NCBI GenBank assembly: GCA_030949325.1 | Contig: JAUZSQ010000081.1 | Location: forward strand, 227 to 64,226 | Reading direction: 5' to 3' | Source: Sulfurovum sp. | GTDB taxonomy: Bacteria; Campylobacterota; Campylobacteria; Campylobacterales; Sulfurovaceae | Length of the DNA: 64,000 bases | Shown: positions 45,106-56,058 of the stretch, in pieces | Layout: each line of letters begins with the position of its first letter | Position numbering within the stretch: position 1 is the stretch's first letter | Notes under the pieces: generated by a model | The model's input: the letters and a program-made list of their open reading frames with translations, nothing else | Database searches by the model: none | Told to the model about the DNA's origin: nothing | Translations under genes and position numbers: made by a program

Positions 45106-46334
45106 TCATATTATTGTTAAGTCTAAGTCTTTCTTTTTTCACACTTCATGCCAAAGATATGCCACTGAGCGAAGATGAACTCATCATCCGAGGTATTTTT
45201 TATGATGAATATCATTTATATAAAAATAGCTACAAGGTCTATAAGAAGCTTTTTGATGAAACCCAAGCAGAGGTTTATCTCTTGAAGGAAGCGACTTCGG
45301 CACTACTAGCCCAAGAGTATATTGTACAAAGTATTAGCCGTCTGAAGGACTGGACGCGTAGGCATAATGATACTATTGAAGTACAACGGCTTTTGATTCC
45401 TTTATACCTTACAGCACGACAAGTAAACAATGCCCAAATAGAAGCAGAATTATTATTGAAAGACTCTCAGGAAGTACTTGATTTCGATTTGGCTTCCAAT
45501 GCTTTTTTGTACGCAGGTAATGTGACAGAAGCCTTAGACTTGCTACATAAAATATATAAAAAGATGCCCCAAGAATCAGTATTATTACGCATAGCTGAAA
45601 TTATGGATGAGTTTATAGGAGAACGGATTAAGGCGATTCAATTACTTGAAATGCATCGTCGTATGCATACGGTGAGTTCCCCATTGTATGAGAAGCTTTT
45701 GCTATTGTATCAAAAAGAAAAAGATATAGAGGGTATCTTTAGTATGTATAAAATGATGTATGCCCAAGATAAGCAAGAAGAATATCTGCATCAAATTATT
45801 GATGTGTATGTGTATAAGCATCATATGAAAGGGGCTATTGACTTCTTGGAAAAGGATAAAATAAAATCCGAACTTTTGTATCAACTTTATAAAATAGAGA
45901 AAGAATTTGTCAAAGCAATTTCTTTAGCAGATACCCTCTATAATATAGATAAAAATGCCAAATGGATAGCCGAAAAGGGCGTATTGATTTTTGAAAATGC
46001 CAAAGATAAAAATGACAAAAAAATGATAGATGATGTCTTGATGTATTTGGAAAAGTCTATTTTACTAGGTAATGACGATAGTATTTATCTGAACTATTAT
46101 GGCTATACGTTAATTGATAAAGAGATTAATATACCTAAGGGTATGAAGATTATCCAAGATGCCTTAATACAGCAACCTGACAATACCTATTATTTAGATT
46201 CTCTAGCATGGGGATATTATAAAGAAGGGAACTGTCAAAAGGCTTATAATTTGATGAAACGTGTCGTAGCAGAAGAGGGCTTAGTCGAAGAAGAAATTAA
46301 GGAACATTGGTCTGCGATTAGGGACTGTCAATAA
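45087..46334 (+). CDS. Secreted TPR protein
   Basis: Signal peptide; YLNYYGY, QPDNTYYLDSLAWGYYK TPR motifs. Confidence 0.75.
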   Translation: MSRNTIVILLLSLSLSFFTLHAKDMPLSEDELIIRGIFYDEYHLYKNSYKVYKKLFDETQAEVYLLKEATSALLAQEYIVQSISRLKDWTRRHNDTIEVQRLLIPLYLTARQVNNAQIEAELLLKDSQEVLDFDLASNAFLYAGNVTEALDLLHKIYKKMPQESVLLRIAEIMDEFIGERIKAIQLLEMHRRMHTVSSPLYEKLLLLYQKEKDIEGIFSMYKMMYAQDKQEEYLHQIIDVYVYKHHMKGAIDFLEKDKIKSELLYQLYKIEKEFVKAISLADTLYNIDKNAKWIAEKGVLIFENAKDKNDKKMIDDVLMYLEKSILLGNDDSIYLNYYGYTLIDKEINIPKGMKIIQDALIQQPDNTYYLDSLAWGYYKEGNCQKAYNLMKRVVAEEGLVEEEIKEHWSAIRDCQ

Positions 46335-46338
46335 GTTT

Positions 46339-46347
46339 TGATATAAT
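46339..46347 (+). promoter_or_regulatory. Extended -10 box (TGaTATAAT) upstream of trpC
   Basis: Exact TGnTATAAT about 30 nt before ATG. Confidence 0.5.
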
Positions 46348-46376
46348 ACCTCAAATTATTAAATATGGGAAACTCA

Positions 46377-47171
46377 ATGGCACAAATTTTAGATGATATT
46401 ATCAGACAAACCAAAGCAGACTTAGAAAAAAGAAAAATAGATTTTCCTATGGAATGGTTAGGTCGTTCTTTGGCTTTCAATCCTTTTGTTCCTAAAGATG
46501 TACAATCAGCACTGCGTTCAACAGAAGAAAACCCCTATCGTATTATTGCCGAAATCAAAAAGGCTAGTCCTTCCAAAGGGGTTATCCGTGAAGATTTTGA
46601 CCCTATGACGATTGCACAAGCCTACGAAAAAGGTGGAGCAGACTCCCTCTCTATTTTGACAGAACCCCACTTCTTTCAAGGAGATAAAGAGTACTTGGGT
46701 ATGGTACGCCGTTATGTCAATTTACCACTACTAAGAAAAGATTTTATCGTAGATAAATATCAAATCCTTGAAGCCTTGGCTTTTGGTGCAGATTATATTT
46801 TACTCATTGCCACGGCACTCACACGCAAAGAACTCAAAGAATTACATGATTATGCCTTGCATTTAGGCTTAGATGTCTTGGTCGAAGTACACAATAAAAT
46901 AGACCTTGTTAAGACGATTTTTACAGGAGCAGATATGATTGGTATTAACCACCGTAACCTAGAGACTTTTGAAATGGATATGAACCTTTGCTCTAAATTA
47001 ATCCCACTCATCCCAAACGGTAAAATTATCGTAGCAGAATCAGGTATCAATAACCATGAAACGGTAGTAGAATTAAATAATATGGGTGTAGATGCTTTTT
47101 TAGTAGGAGAACATTTTATGCGCCAAGATGATATGACTCAAGCAGTGAAGGATTTAAAGTACGGTAAGTAA
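46377..47171 (+). CDS. trpC: Indole-3-glycerol phosphate synthase
   Basis: [39 protein letters not shown]. Confidence 0.96.
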   Translation: MAQILDDIIRQTKADLEKRKIDFPMEWLGRSLAFNPFVPKDVQSALRSTEENPYRIIAEIKKASPSKGVIREDFDPMTIAQAYEKGGADSLSILTEPHFFQGDKEYLGMVRRYVNLPLLRKDFIVDKYQILEALAFGADYILLIATALTRKELKELHDYALHLGLDVLVEVHNKIDLVKTIFTGADMIGINHRNLETFEMDMNLCSKLIPLIPNGKIIVAESGINNHETVVELNNMGVDAFLVGEHFMRQDDMTQAVKDLKYGK

Positions 47172-47218
47172 ATTATATTTATAATGTATAATTAAGTATA
47201 ATTAGATATTATTATCTT

Positions 47219-47238
47219 GGTTAGTTATTGAATTAATC
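47219..47238 (+). promoter_or_regulatory. Conserved 20-bp element upstream of pilin gene 2
   Basis: Identical to 29257-29276. Confidence 0.6.
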
Positions 47239-47262
47239 AAAAATGTGTTATAGGAGTTAGTC

Positions 47263-47543
47263 ATGGACAAAATGAGACAAGGTTTTACAATGATCGAACT
47301 TATCTTCGTTATTGTAATAATAGGGATTTTGGCATCTGTAGCTATACCCAAATTGACAGCCACCCGAGATGATGCAATAGATACTGCATCAAAGCGAATA
47401 TACGACTATGTATTGATAGTATTATTAATACTTATACCGCAACAGGGATTGGTATTGCAAATATTGTACAGAGCAATAATATAGCCTGTACCGAGGGAAA
47501 TAAGGATGGAGGAACGCTTAGTACTTTCTTGGGATGGGGATAA
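47263..47543 (+). CDS. Second prepilin-type protein (1-nt deletion near 47390; corrected C-terminus KANIRLCIDSIINTY..ACTEG)
   Basis: RQG|FTMIELIFVIVIIGILASVAIPKL; corrected frame aligns with pilin 1 (ANVKLCVNDLINEY). Confidence 0.82.
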
Positions 47544-47648
47544 TCAGGAGATAGTAAAGATTAGGAGGTGAGTTATCCAATAATGATTTAGTAGAATTAA
47601 CCTGCACTATTTAGATCTGCAAGAGTCGTACGCTAGAAGAGCATAACG

Positions 47649-49526
47649 CTACTCTTCTATATAGTTCTTCAGTTTTCGTCCTACTTTAGGATGTTTGAGC
47701 TTTTTAATCGCAGAGGATTCTATTTGTCTGACCCTTTCACGGGTGACGGAGAGTTCTTTGCCTATTTCTTCTAGTGTTCTATCACTTTCATCTTCTAGTA
47801 ATCCAAAACGCATACGAATGACAGCTTTTTCTCTTTCATTGAGCTGGTCTAAGACTTCATCAATTTGATTATTGAGGTCATCTTTGAGTACGACATCAGT
47901 AGGACTGAGCGTGGTTTTGTCTTCGATGAAGTCACCAAATCGTCCATCATCTTCATCCCCTACAGGTGTTTCCAAGCTCACTGGTTCTTTGGTAATTTTA
48001 ATAACATTTTTTACTTTATCTACAGAAAGACCTACTTCTTCGGCAATGGTATCTAAATCAGGTTCTTTTCCTGTCTCTTGTAAGTGCTTACGGATGATTT
48101 TATTGATACGGTTAATCGTTTCAATCATGTGAATAGGAATACGAATGGTTCTTGCTTGGTCGGCAATCGCTCGTGATATGGCTTGACGTATCCACCATGT
48201 GGCATAGGTAGAAAATTTATACCCTTTTTCATATTCAAATTTATCCACGGCTTTCATGAGACCGATATTTCCTTCTTGAATAAGGTCAAGGAAAGGCAAT
48301 CCACGGTTGGTATAACGTTTGGCGATAGAGACAACGAGTCTAAGGTTAGACTTTGCCATGCGTGTTTTGGCTATTTCTGATTTGGTCTTACCTTGACGGA
48401 TTTGTCCCAAAATATCTTGAAGCTTTTCTTCACTTAGGTCAAAACCACTCTCACTGGCTTCCCTGGTTTCAAAGAGTTTTTTGATTTCTACATAGGTACT
48501 GACCATGGTAGTCTCTGGTACAGAATCTATAATATCATTTTTGTCCATAGTAGTAATATTAGAAAGTATTTTTTGATGATTGTCTTTGAGCATATCATTA
48601 AAGAGAGGGAGCTTATATTCTAGTCTTTTAAGCTCTTTATCGAAGCTATCGTCAGAAGTAAGGGCAGTTTCCATCGCTTTGACCAATTCATTGATAAGTT
48701 TTGATGTAGGTCCCAAATCCAAAAGAGACTTTTTGAGTAAATCTTTTTTGAATGCTACTTTGAGACTCTCATGCAAGACAATCAAGGTATCACTTTCTTC
48801 TTCTAGGAAGATATCTAATTCTTCTCTGGCTTTCATCCAATCTTTTTTACATTTTTCTAATTGTTTAAAGCTATCGATGACTTGTTTGACCCTTTTGTCA
48901 TCTTTGGGTGCTTTTTTGACTGTAGGTTTGACAGGTATTTTGACGATAGATTCGTCTGTTGATTCACTGCTACTTTCCTCTTCAGTCGAGACTTTTTCAT
49001 CTTCAAAACTCTTAAAAAGCTCTTTGACACGTCTTTCTCTGTTGAGTAAAGGTTGTCTATAGTTGATGATATATCCAATGAGATAAGGAACAGAGCAGAT
49101 AGCATCAATAATAATATCTTCACCTTCTTCAATACGCATAGAGAGATTGACCTCTTCTTCTTTGGTTAGAAGAGGGATTTTACCCATTTCTCGTAAATAC
49201 ATTCGTACAGGTGAATCTGAGCGACTCCATTCAAGAAGTTCTTTCTCTTTATGTAAGTCAAACTCATCTTGGTCTTTATTGTCAATGAGTTTTTGTCTTA
49301 CATCCTTACGTCGTTGTACTTCTTTGGCTGTGAGATACTTGGCATAGTCAGAGGCAGAAATGATTTCTATTTTTGTAGATAAAGAAAATTTAAGTACTTT
49401 TTTGACTTGTGCGAGTGTAGGTTGTCTATTTAACTCTTTAGCAATATTTTCTAAGGTAACAACATCACCTTTTTTCTTAGAGATAAAGAGTGCTTCTATG
49501 CTTTTCATACTGTCTTTTACTGCCAT
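47649..49526 (-). CDS. rpoD: RNA polymerase sigma factor RpoD (likely start MAVKDSMK)
   Basis: [46 protein letters not shown]. Confidence 0.97.
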   Translation of the reverse strand: MAVKDSMKSIEALFISKKKGDVVTLENIAKELNRQPTLAQVKKVLKFSLSTKIEIISASDYAKYLTAKEVQRRKDVRQKLIDNKDQDEFDLHKEKELLEWSRSDSPVRMYLREMGKIPLLTKEEEVNLSMRIEEGEDIIIDAICSVPYLIGYIINYRQPLLNRERRVKELFKSFEDEKVSTEEESSSESTDESIVKIPVKPTVKKAPKDDKRVKQVIDSFKQLEKCKKDWMKAREELDIFLEEESDTLIVLHESLKVAFKKDLLKKSLLDLGPTSKLINELVKAMETALTSDDSFDKELKRLEYKLPLFNDMLKDNHQKILSNITTMDKNDIIDSVPETTMVSTYVEIKKLFETREASESGFDLSEEKLQDILGQIRQGKTKSEIAKTRMAKSNLRLVVSIAKRYTNRGLPFLDLIQEGNIGLMKAVDKFEYEKGYKFSTYATWWIRQAISRAIADQARTIRIPIHMIETINRINKIIRKHLQETGKEPDLDTIAEEVGLSVDKVKNVIKITKEPVSLETPVGDEDDGRFGDFIEDKTTLSPTDVVLKDDLNNQIDEVLDQLNEREKAVIRMRFGLLEDESDRTLEEIGKELSVTRERVRQIESSAIKKLKHPKVGRKLKNYIEE

Positions 49527-49690
49527 AGGTATCCTTGAAAGAGTGAGAGGAACAAGCCTCAGATTTATTAAAGGTGGATTATACCGAAAAAAATATGTAT
49601 TTTTCATAAAAAATTTGATAATTTTTATTTTTTTGGATATAATCACGTTTAAATATTTTATGAGGTATACCTCAATATCAAGGATATAAT

Positions 49691-50185
49691 GTGCAAGGTA
49701 AAGTTTGGAAATTTGGTGATAATGTGGATACGGATTTAATCATTGCGGCAAGATACCTCAATACATCGGAGCCATCAGAATTGGCGAAACATGTAATGGA
49801 AGATGCTGACCCTGAATTTGTCAACAAGATGAAAGCAGGAGATATTATCGTTGCAGGTGAAAATTTTGGTTGTGGTTCGAGTCGTGAACATGCACCTATT
49901 GCACTCAAATGGGCAGGAATATCGGCTATTATTGCACCGACTTTTGCACGTATTTTTTATAGGAATGCTTTTAACATGGGGCTTCCTATCTTTGAATTAC
50001 AAGAGGCTTTTGAGATAGAAGAAGGTGACACGGTACGCATTGATATGGATGCGGGAGAAGTGATTAATGTAAGTCAAGCCAAGACTTATAAGTTTGCACC
50101 CATTCCTGAGTTTATGCAAGAATTGGTAGATGCAGGTGGACTCATCGCCTTTGCCAAAAAAGAAATAGCACAGAAGGCAAAATAA
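49691..50185 (+). CDS. leuD: 3-isopropylmalate dehydratase small subunit
   Basis: [28 protein letters not shown]. Confidence 0.95.
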   Translation: MQGKVWKFGDNVDTDLIIAARYLNTSEPSELAKHVMEDADPEFVNKMKAGDIIVAGENFGCGSSREHAPIALKWAGISAIIAPTFARIFYRNAFNMGLPIFELQEAFEIEEGDTVRIDMDAGEVINVSQAKTYKFAPIPEFMQELVDAGGLIAFAKKEIAQKAK

Positions 50186-50186
50186 T

Positions 50187-51257
50187 ATGAGTAATCGTTA
50201 TAAGATAGGTATTATTAGAGGTGATGGTATAGGTCCAGAGATTATTGAAGAAGCTATTAAGGTTTTGGATGCAGTCTCTGTCAATGAAGGTTTTACGCTT
50301 AAATATGAGGAAATGTTACTGGGTGGAGTAGCGATAGATGAGACAGGTGTACCCCTACCTGATGAGACTATTAAAGGTGTCAAGAAATGTGACGCAGTAC
50401 TCTTTGGTGCTATTGGTGGACCCAAATGGGATAACTTAGCGAGACATTTACGTCCAGAATCAGGGCTTTTGGGTATTCGCAAAGCGATGGGAACTTTTGC
50501 CAATCTTCGACCTGCTATAGTGTATGATGAGCTTATTAATGCTTCGAGTCTAAAGCCTGAGATTATTAAAGGTGTAGATATTATGGTCGTTCGTGAACTC
50601 ACAGGTGGTATCTATTTTGGTGAACCACGAGAATTACAAAAAGACCAAGCCTTTAATACGATGATATATACACGAGAAGAAGTAGAACGTATCGCTGTGG
50701 TAGCCTTTGATATCGCGATGCAACGTGATAAACGTATTTGTTCGGTAGATAAAGCCAATGTCTTAGAAGTCTCTCAATTTTGGAGAGAAACCGTAGAAGA
50801 AATCTCTAAAGGCTACCCAGAAGTAGAGCTATCTCATATGTATGTAGACAATGCAGCGATGCAACTCATTCGTGAGCCTAAGCAATTTGATGTCATTTTG
50901 ACAGGAAATATATTTGGAGATATTCTCTCAGATGCTGCGTCGATGCTTTCGGGTTCTATTGGACTCTTGCCTAGTGCGAGTACAGGTAATAGCGTAGGAC
51001 TATATGAACCCATTCATGGTTCAGCTCCTGATATTGCAGGGCAGGGCATAGCCAATCCTTTGGCCACTATTTCTTCGGCTTCTATGATGTTACGCTATGC
51101 TTTAGGGGAAGAAAAAGCAGCCAATAGAATCGATGATGCTATCAGGAAAGCTTTGAAGCAGGGATACCGTACAGGTGATATTGGTGATTTTGATGCAGTA
51201 GAGATTGTCTCTTGTGCACAAATGGGTGATATTGTCGCCAAATATGCATCTAAGTAG
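50187..51257 (+). CDS. leuB: 3-isopropylmalate dehydrogenase
   Basis: [37 protein letters not shown]. Confidence 0.96.
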   Translation: MSNRYKIGIIRGDGIGPEIIEEAIKVLDAVSVNEGFTLKYEEMLLGGVAIDETGVPLPDETIKGVKKCDAVLFGAIGGPKWDNLARHLRPESGLLGIRKAMGTFANLRPAIVYDELINASSLKPEIIKGVDIMVVRELTGGIYFGEPRELQKDQAFNTMIYTREEVERIAVVAFDIAMQRDKRICSVDKANVLEVSQFWRETVEEISKGYPEVELSHMYVDNAAMQLIREPKQFDVILTGNIFGDILSDAASMLSGSIGLLPSASTGNSVGLYEPIHGSAPDIAGQGIANPLATISSASMMLRYALGEEKAANRIDDAIRKALKQGYRTGDIGDFDAVEIVSCAQMGDIVAKYASK

Positions 51258-51273
51258 TCTCTAAAGGGTTGTT

Positions 51274-52110
51274 ATGGAACAAAAAGCAAGGGTACTCATT
51301 GATTGTAAAGATGAGAAAGGCTTGGTCTATAAAATCTCTAAAGTGTTTTATGAAAGAGATTTAAATATAGATTCTAACCGAGAATTTGTAGATAAAGAAC
51401 AGGGTAAATTTTTTATGCGTACGGTGGTTACGGGTGATTTTGACCTTGCTGAACTCGAACTTGCCTTGGGAGCTATTAGTCCTAGTGATGCACATATTCG
51501 TATCATCACCCCTAAGGATAAACATATCGTATTGATGGTGACCAAAGAGTCTCATGCCTTAGGCGATATACTTATCCGTCATGCAGAGGGTGCTTTGGGA
51601 GCAAAGATAGAATGCATCATCTCCAATCGTAGCACACTCCAAAGTTTGGTAGAGCGTTTTAATATACCCTTTTTTTATGTCCCTGTTGAGGGCTTAGAGA
51701 GAGAAGAGCATGAGCGTAAGATGATGGAGATTTTAGCAAAGTTTCATTTTGATTATATTGTACTGGCGAAATATATGCGTATTCTGACTTCTGTTTTTGT
51801 TCAGGCTTATACACAAAAGATTATCAATATTCACCATTCTTTCTTACCTGCTTTTATAGGGGCAAACCCTTATAAACAAGCGTTTGACAGAGGGGTCAAG
51901 ATTATTGGAGCAACGGCACATTATGTGACAGATGATTTGGATGAAGGTCCTATTATTGCCCAAGATGTGATTCCTGTGAACCATCGTTTGACATGGAAAG
52001 ATATGCAAAATGCTGGACGTGATGGTGAAAAGGTCGTCCTCTCTCGTGCTTTAACATTGGTACTAAGCGATAGGGTTTTTGTCAATGGCAATAAAACCAT
52101 TATTTTTTAG
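51274..52110 (+). CDS. purU: Formyltetrahydrofolate deformylase
   Basis: ACT-like N-terminus, LAKYMRIL, NIHHSFLPAF, GATAH, DEGPII. Confidence 0.95.
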   Translation: MEQKARVLIDCKDEKGLVYKISKVFYERDLNIDSNREFVDKEQGKFFMRTVVTGDFDLAELELALGAISPSDAHIRIITPKDKHIVLMVTKESHALGDILIRHAEGALGAKIECIISNRSTLQSLVERFNIPFFYVPVEGLEREEHERKMMEILAKFHFDYIVLAKYMRILTSVFVQAYTQKIINIHHSFLPAFIGANPYKQAFDRGVKIIGATAHYVTDDLDEGPIIAQDVIPVNHRLTWKDMQNAGRDGEKVVLSRALTLVLSDRVFVNGNKTIIF

Positions 52111-52136
52111 ACTAGCTAGATACAAAAAGGATTAAG

Positions 52137-52628
52137 ATGTTTAACATTGTATTGGTAGAACCACAGATACCACCAAATACAGGGACTATAGGGCGTTTAT
52201 GTGTCAACCTTGGAGCAACGCTTCATTTGATAGAGCCCTTGGGTTTTGATATAGATGACAAAGCTGTCAAACGTGCAGGACTGGATTATTGGAAAGATTT
52301 AGATTTAATCGTATGGGAGAGTTTTGAAATTTTTTTGAAAGCACATCCTATAGGAAAGCATAGCTATATGGCAACGACCAAAACGGACAATCTGTATTTT
52401 GACGCTTCGTTTCAAAAGGGAGATTATATCCTCTTTGGTTCAGAAACCAAGGGTCTTGATGAAAAAGTATTACTCAGCTATCCTGAGCAATGTATTACTA
52501 TTCCTATGGGTGGAGCAGGACGAAGCCTCAATCTTGGGGTGAGTGTAGGCATTGTTATCTATGATGCCTTACGTCAAAACTATGAAGGTTTTGAGAAAAT
52601 TACGATTGCCAATAGTCTAAAGGATTAA
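52137..52628 (+). CDS. trmL: tRNA (cytidine/uridine-34-2'-O)-methyltransferase (SpoU family)
   Basis: PQIPPNTG, KRAGLDYW, FGSETKGL, RSLNL. Confidence 0.92.
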   Translation: MFNIVLVEPQIPPNTGTIGRLCVNLGATLHLIEPLGFDIDDKAVKRAGLDYWKDLDLIVWESFEIFLKAHPIGKHSYMATTKTDNLYFDASFQKGDYILFGSETKGLDEKVLLSYPEQCITIPMGGAGRSLNLGVSVGIVIYDALRQNYEGFEKITIANSLKD

Positions 52629-52629
52629 G

Positions 52630-52764
52630 ATGTTATTTGGAGATATTTTATATATTATTGCGATAGTACTTTTTGTCTATTTGACCTTTGGTATCATCAA
52701 AAATTACTACAAAACGAAATTTGATGAGGAAGGTTACCGTAAAGATATGTACGAAGATGATTAA
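52630..52764 (+). CDS. Small single-TM protein, 44 aa (below ORF track cutoff)
   Basis: MLFGDILYIIAIVLFVYLTFGIIKNYYKTKFDEEGYRKDMYEDD; SD AAGGA in trmL end. Confidence 0.6.
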   Translation: MLFGDILYIIAIVLFVYLTFGIIKNYYKTKFDEEGYRKDMYEDD

Positions 52765-52921
52765 GAAAGCATTTATATTATTAAGCTATACTCTAAACTT
52801 ATCTTAGGTATAGAGAGTTTTTTTATTCTTCCTCCTTTTAGAAACATTGTTGCTTCATCTCCTAATGAATGCAATCTTTTATCCCCTTTTCTATATCTAA
52901 GATATATCTATAGGGGTATAC

Positions 52922-54031
52922 ATGGATTTTACAACTCTAAACAACACATTATTAAATTATTGTTCTGATACTCTGAAAGTACAGCGCTTACTCAAAGAGT
53001 ATTTGGGTGCTAAATATGTAGATATTTTGTATTATGATAAAGAAAAAAGCCAATATGTAGATAACATCAATGAAATTACGATACAAAGTAAATATCTGAA
53101 TGCTTTTAGTCTTTTAGGTCATGCAGTGCTAGAGAATAAGGTGTGTTTTTATAAAGATGTGCCCCATGATAGTAAATATAACAAAGCGATAGACAATCCT
53201 TTTAATATTGAGCTGTCTAATCAAATTATTTACCCTATATTTTCTGCGGAGAAAGAGTGTATAGGACTTTTCCGATTTTCACAGTTACCTCTAAGTTTTA
53301 CTGTAGAAGACTCTACTAAGCTCTCTTTACTTTTACCCACATTTCAAAAAATATTGCTAGAGAGCAAAGAGACTTTAGGTACGAGTAAAAGGAGTAATAA
53401 TACAAAGATATTACAAACTATAGAGAGGGCATTCAACAGACTCTTGGAGAGTAGTAGTAATCCAGAGATAGAAAAATTGATTATACTAGGACATAAAAAT
53501 CTAGAATCTTTAGGTAGCTATCTACACTCAGTACAAATACAAGAGAACAAAGCACTGATTAAAGCCAAGATGCAACGCTTAAGTAGAAAGAAAGTAGCAA
53601 AGAAAAAAGTAGGTGGGAAAAAAGTAAGTGATAAAAAAGTATTTGCCAATGTTTTGATTGCCGATGATGTACGGATTAATGTCAAAATACTTAATGCCAT
53701 GCTCTGTAACGATGCAATTATAGACCAAATTAAACATGCCTATGATGGTGTAGAGACGATGGATATTATTGATAGGTGTAAAACAGCAGAAGAAGATATA
53801 CATATTTTGTTTCTTGACCATCATATGCCTGGTAAAACAGGACTTGAAATTGCCCAAGAATTAAAAGAAAAAGCAGGTAAAGAGACCAAAATTATTATTG
53901 TCTCTATCACCAATGACCCTGAGGTTATTGCCAGTAAAGAGTATCTTTATGATTATCATATCCCCAAACCCTTCAATAAAGAAAGTATTCAAAAAATAAT
54001 GGAAAGAATACGGGTAGAACACCTTAGTTAA
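52922..54031 (+). CDS. GAF-like + C-terminal receiver domain protein
   Basis: D..YNKAIDNP GAF motif; IADD, FLDHHMPG, KPF. Confidence 0.78.
   Translation: MDFTTLNNTLLNYCSDTLKVQRLLKEYLGAKYVDILYYDKEKSQYVDNINEITIQSKYLNAFSLLGHAVLENKVCFYKDVPHDSKYNKAIDNPFNIELSNQIIYPIFSAEKECIGLFRFSQLPLSFTVEDSTKLSLLLPTFQKILLESKETLGTSKRSNNTKILQTIERAFNRLLESSSNPEIEKLIILGHKNLESLGSYLHSVQIQENKALIKAKMQRLSRKKVAKKKVGGKKVSDKKVFANVLIADDVRINVKILNAMLCNDAIIDQIKHAYDGVETMDIIDRCKTAEEDIHILFLDHHMPGKTGLEIAQELKEKAGKETKIIIVSITNDPEVIASKEYLYDYHIPKPFNKESIQKIMERIRVEHLS
53591..53641. repeat. Four AAAGTA units at exact 15-nt period (RKKVA-KKKVG-GKKVS-DKKVF)
   Basis: AAAGTA starts at 53591, 53606, 53621, 53636. Confidence 0.8.
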
Positions 54032-54975
54032 GTAAATCTTGAGAGAAAAAAATCTTCTATGACTTTTCGCATTTCTATAGGGTTTTCTATATTGTTAATA
54101 TCATTTCTAAAAACAGAAGCCTTAGGATACCCAGCTTTTGAATAGGAATGAAGGTTTTTTCTAAAGACCATCGCACCATGTTTTCCATAGTGTGCTATCA
54201 TTTGGTCATAATGCTCTAGTACGACAGCTTTGATAAGTGCTGGAGATGCTTCTTCCATACCTTCTTTGATTTGTTTGAATATCCAAGGCTTTCCTACTGC
54301 TGTACGACCTATCATGATACCATCGGCTTGTGTATGGTTTAATACCCATTGGGCTTTTGTAGGAGAGTCTATATCTCCATTGGCAATCATAGGGATATTT
54401 ATAGTACTTTTTATTTCTGCCAAGGCATCATAATCTACGGCTGCTTTGTAGCGTCCTGCTCTAGTACGTCCATGTACAGCGATATAATCTGCTCCTGATT
54501 CTTGGCATATTTTGGCGATTTCTTTATGGTTCTTTTCGTTAAAGCCTAGGCGAAACTTCACTGAAGTATATTCTTTGTTGGAATACCTCTTGATAGTCTC
54601 TATGACTTTTGCCATCTGAGGTAAATCGGTCAAAAGAGAAGAGCCTTGAAGGTTATTGACAATTTTGGGTGCAGGACAACCACAGTTCAGATCGATAGTC
54701 GTAATACCCTCTTGGGTATTGATAATCTCTACAGCACGTTTAATCACATCCAAGTCAGACCCTGCTATTTGAATAGCATAAGGGTTTTCTATAGGAGATT
54801 TTTCTAGCATACGGTAGGTTTTGGGGGAATGGTGAATGAGTGCGTTGGAGCTAATCATCTCACTAATCGTTAAATCTACCCCAAACTTTTTGACAACAGA
54901 ACGAAAGGGAAGGTCTGTAAATCCAGCTAAGGGTGCCAAAGCATAAAAGGGTTGGCTAAAATCAAGTGTCCCCAT
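54028..54975 (-). CDS. dusB: tRNA-dihydrouridine synthase
   Basis: LAPLAG, DLNCGCP, VHGRTR, IANGDI, MIGR. Confidence 0.9.
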   Translation of the reverse strand: MGTLDFSQPFYALAPLAGFTDLPFRSVVKKFGVDLTISEMISSNALIHHSPKTYRMLEKSPIENPYAIQIAGSDLDVIKRAVEIINTQEGITTIDLNCGCPAPKIVNNLQGSSLLTDLPQMAKVIETIKRYSNKEYTSVKFRLGFNEKNHKEIAKICQESGADYIAVHGRTRAGRYKAAVDYDALAEIKSTINIPMIANGDIDSPTKAQWVLNHTQADGIMIGRTAVGKPWIFKQIKEGMEEASPALIKAVVLEHYDQMIAHYGKHGAMVFRKNLHSYSKAGYPKASVFRNDINNIENPIEMRKVIEDFFLSRFT

Positions 54976-54980
54976 CTAAA

Positions 54981-56027
54981 TTATAGGTAGGTACTGTGTT
55001 TACAAATAGAATCTATATCTATAATGTCTTCGAGCTTATAGCCTGAATATTCTTTCTTGAGTGTGTACAGTGCCCTAAATTTAATAAACTCAGTCTCCCC
55101 TTGTTCACTAAGATAGTTGGATACTTGTTCCAATAACTCATATTCAAAAAGGAGATAAAGATAGGCATTTTGTGCTTTTTCATTTTGTGATTGATAGCCA
55201 TAAAATAAGGCTAGGTTGTCTTCTGGCTTAAAATACTTTTTGCTAATAGTGGCAATTTTAATAAAGTCTGCACATTGAAATGGTATCGCTTCAACAAAAT
55301 CATTCAAGATATCAATAGTAAGACCTAAATCATTGCCGTTCCCAATACGTTCAAGCATTAATAAAAAGTTCTTTGCATCAAAACCGTTGGCATATTTACG
55401 CGCTTGGAGAAAATCTGATTTTTGTGCAAAGATAGCCAAGGCTTCTGCTTGTACTATTTCAGAATATTCAGAACTTGCACGCATAACACCTTCTACAAAG
55501 CTAGGATGAGAGAGTAAGCAATTGAGTCGGTTTTGTATTAAAATAGGATTACCTGATTTAAATACTTTATCCATTTTATGCTCTTTCAAATCTACATACT
55601 CACCATTGTTAATTTTTTGGATAAGGTGTACGACACGAGAGAGTTTTTCGGTCAGTCCTTCTACGTTATCAGAAAGGGTCAGCGAAGCTTTACTTAGTAA
55701 TACGGCAGTACTGTTGATACCTTCAATACCATATTTTTGTTTTTTAGGCTCGTTGACCAAAGACCAATACAGTGCATCTTCTAGGCTCAGTGTATCTTTG
55801 TTCCATTTTTTGAGTGTCAAATAGGTTTTGAGTCCATAAAAAAACATATGGGTGAGTGTAAAGAAAAAGAGTAATAGCATAGGCAATATAAACCACAGAG
55901 CAATATAAAAGTGAAAAGACAGTCCCATGAACTCTATGAGATATTTATTAGGATTGACGGCATACACCAATGCACCAATAATTGCGATTAATGCTATAGT
56001 AGCAAAAATATATAGTCCTGCTTTCAT
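54981..56027 (-). CDS. Conserved Campylobacterota membrane protein
   Basis: Two N-terminal TM, LEDALYWSL; between dksA and dusB as in Campylobacter. Confidence 0.6.
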   Translation of the reverse strand: MKAGLYIFATIALIAIIGALVYAVNPNKYLIEFMGLSFHFYIALWFILPMLLLFFFTLTHMFFYGLKTYLTLKKWNKDTLSLEDALYWSLVNEPKKQKYGIEGINSTAVLLSKASLTLSDNVEGLTEKLSRVVHLIQKINNGEYVDLKEHKMDKVFKSGNPILIQNRLNCLLSHPSFVEGVMRASSEYSEIVQAEALAIFAQKSDFLQARKYANGFDAKNFLLMLERIGNGNDLGLTIDILNDFVEAIPFQCADFIKIATISKKYFKPEDNLALFYGYQSQNEKAQNAYLYLLFEYELLEQVSNYLSEQGETEFIKFRALYTLKKEYSGYKLEDIIDIDSICKHSTYL

Positions 56028-56058
56028 TCTTTCTCCTTATTGTGTTTTGGATGTCTTT

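Noticed and set aside
11346-49646. ORF-track N-terminal extensions of fbp (to 12311), rpoD (to 49646), yqaA, YkgJ, znuC and coaD
   Set aside because: They overlap neighbours or promoters; downstream starts fit homolog lengths and SD positions
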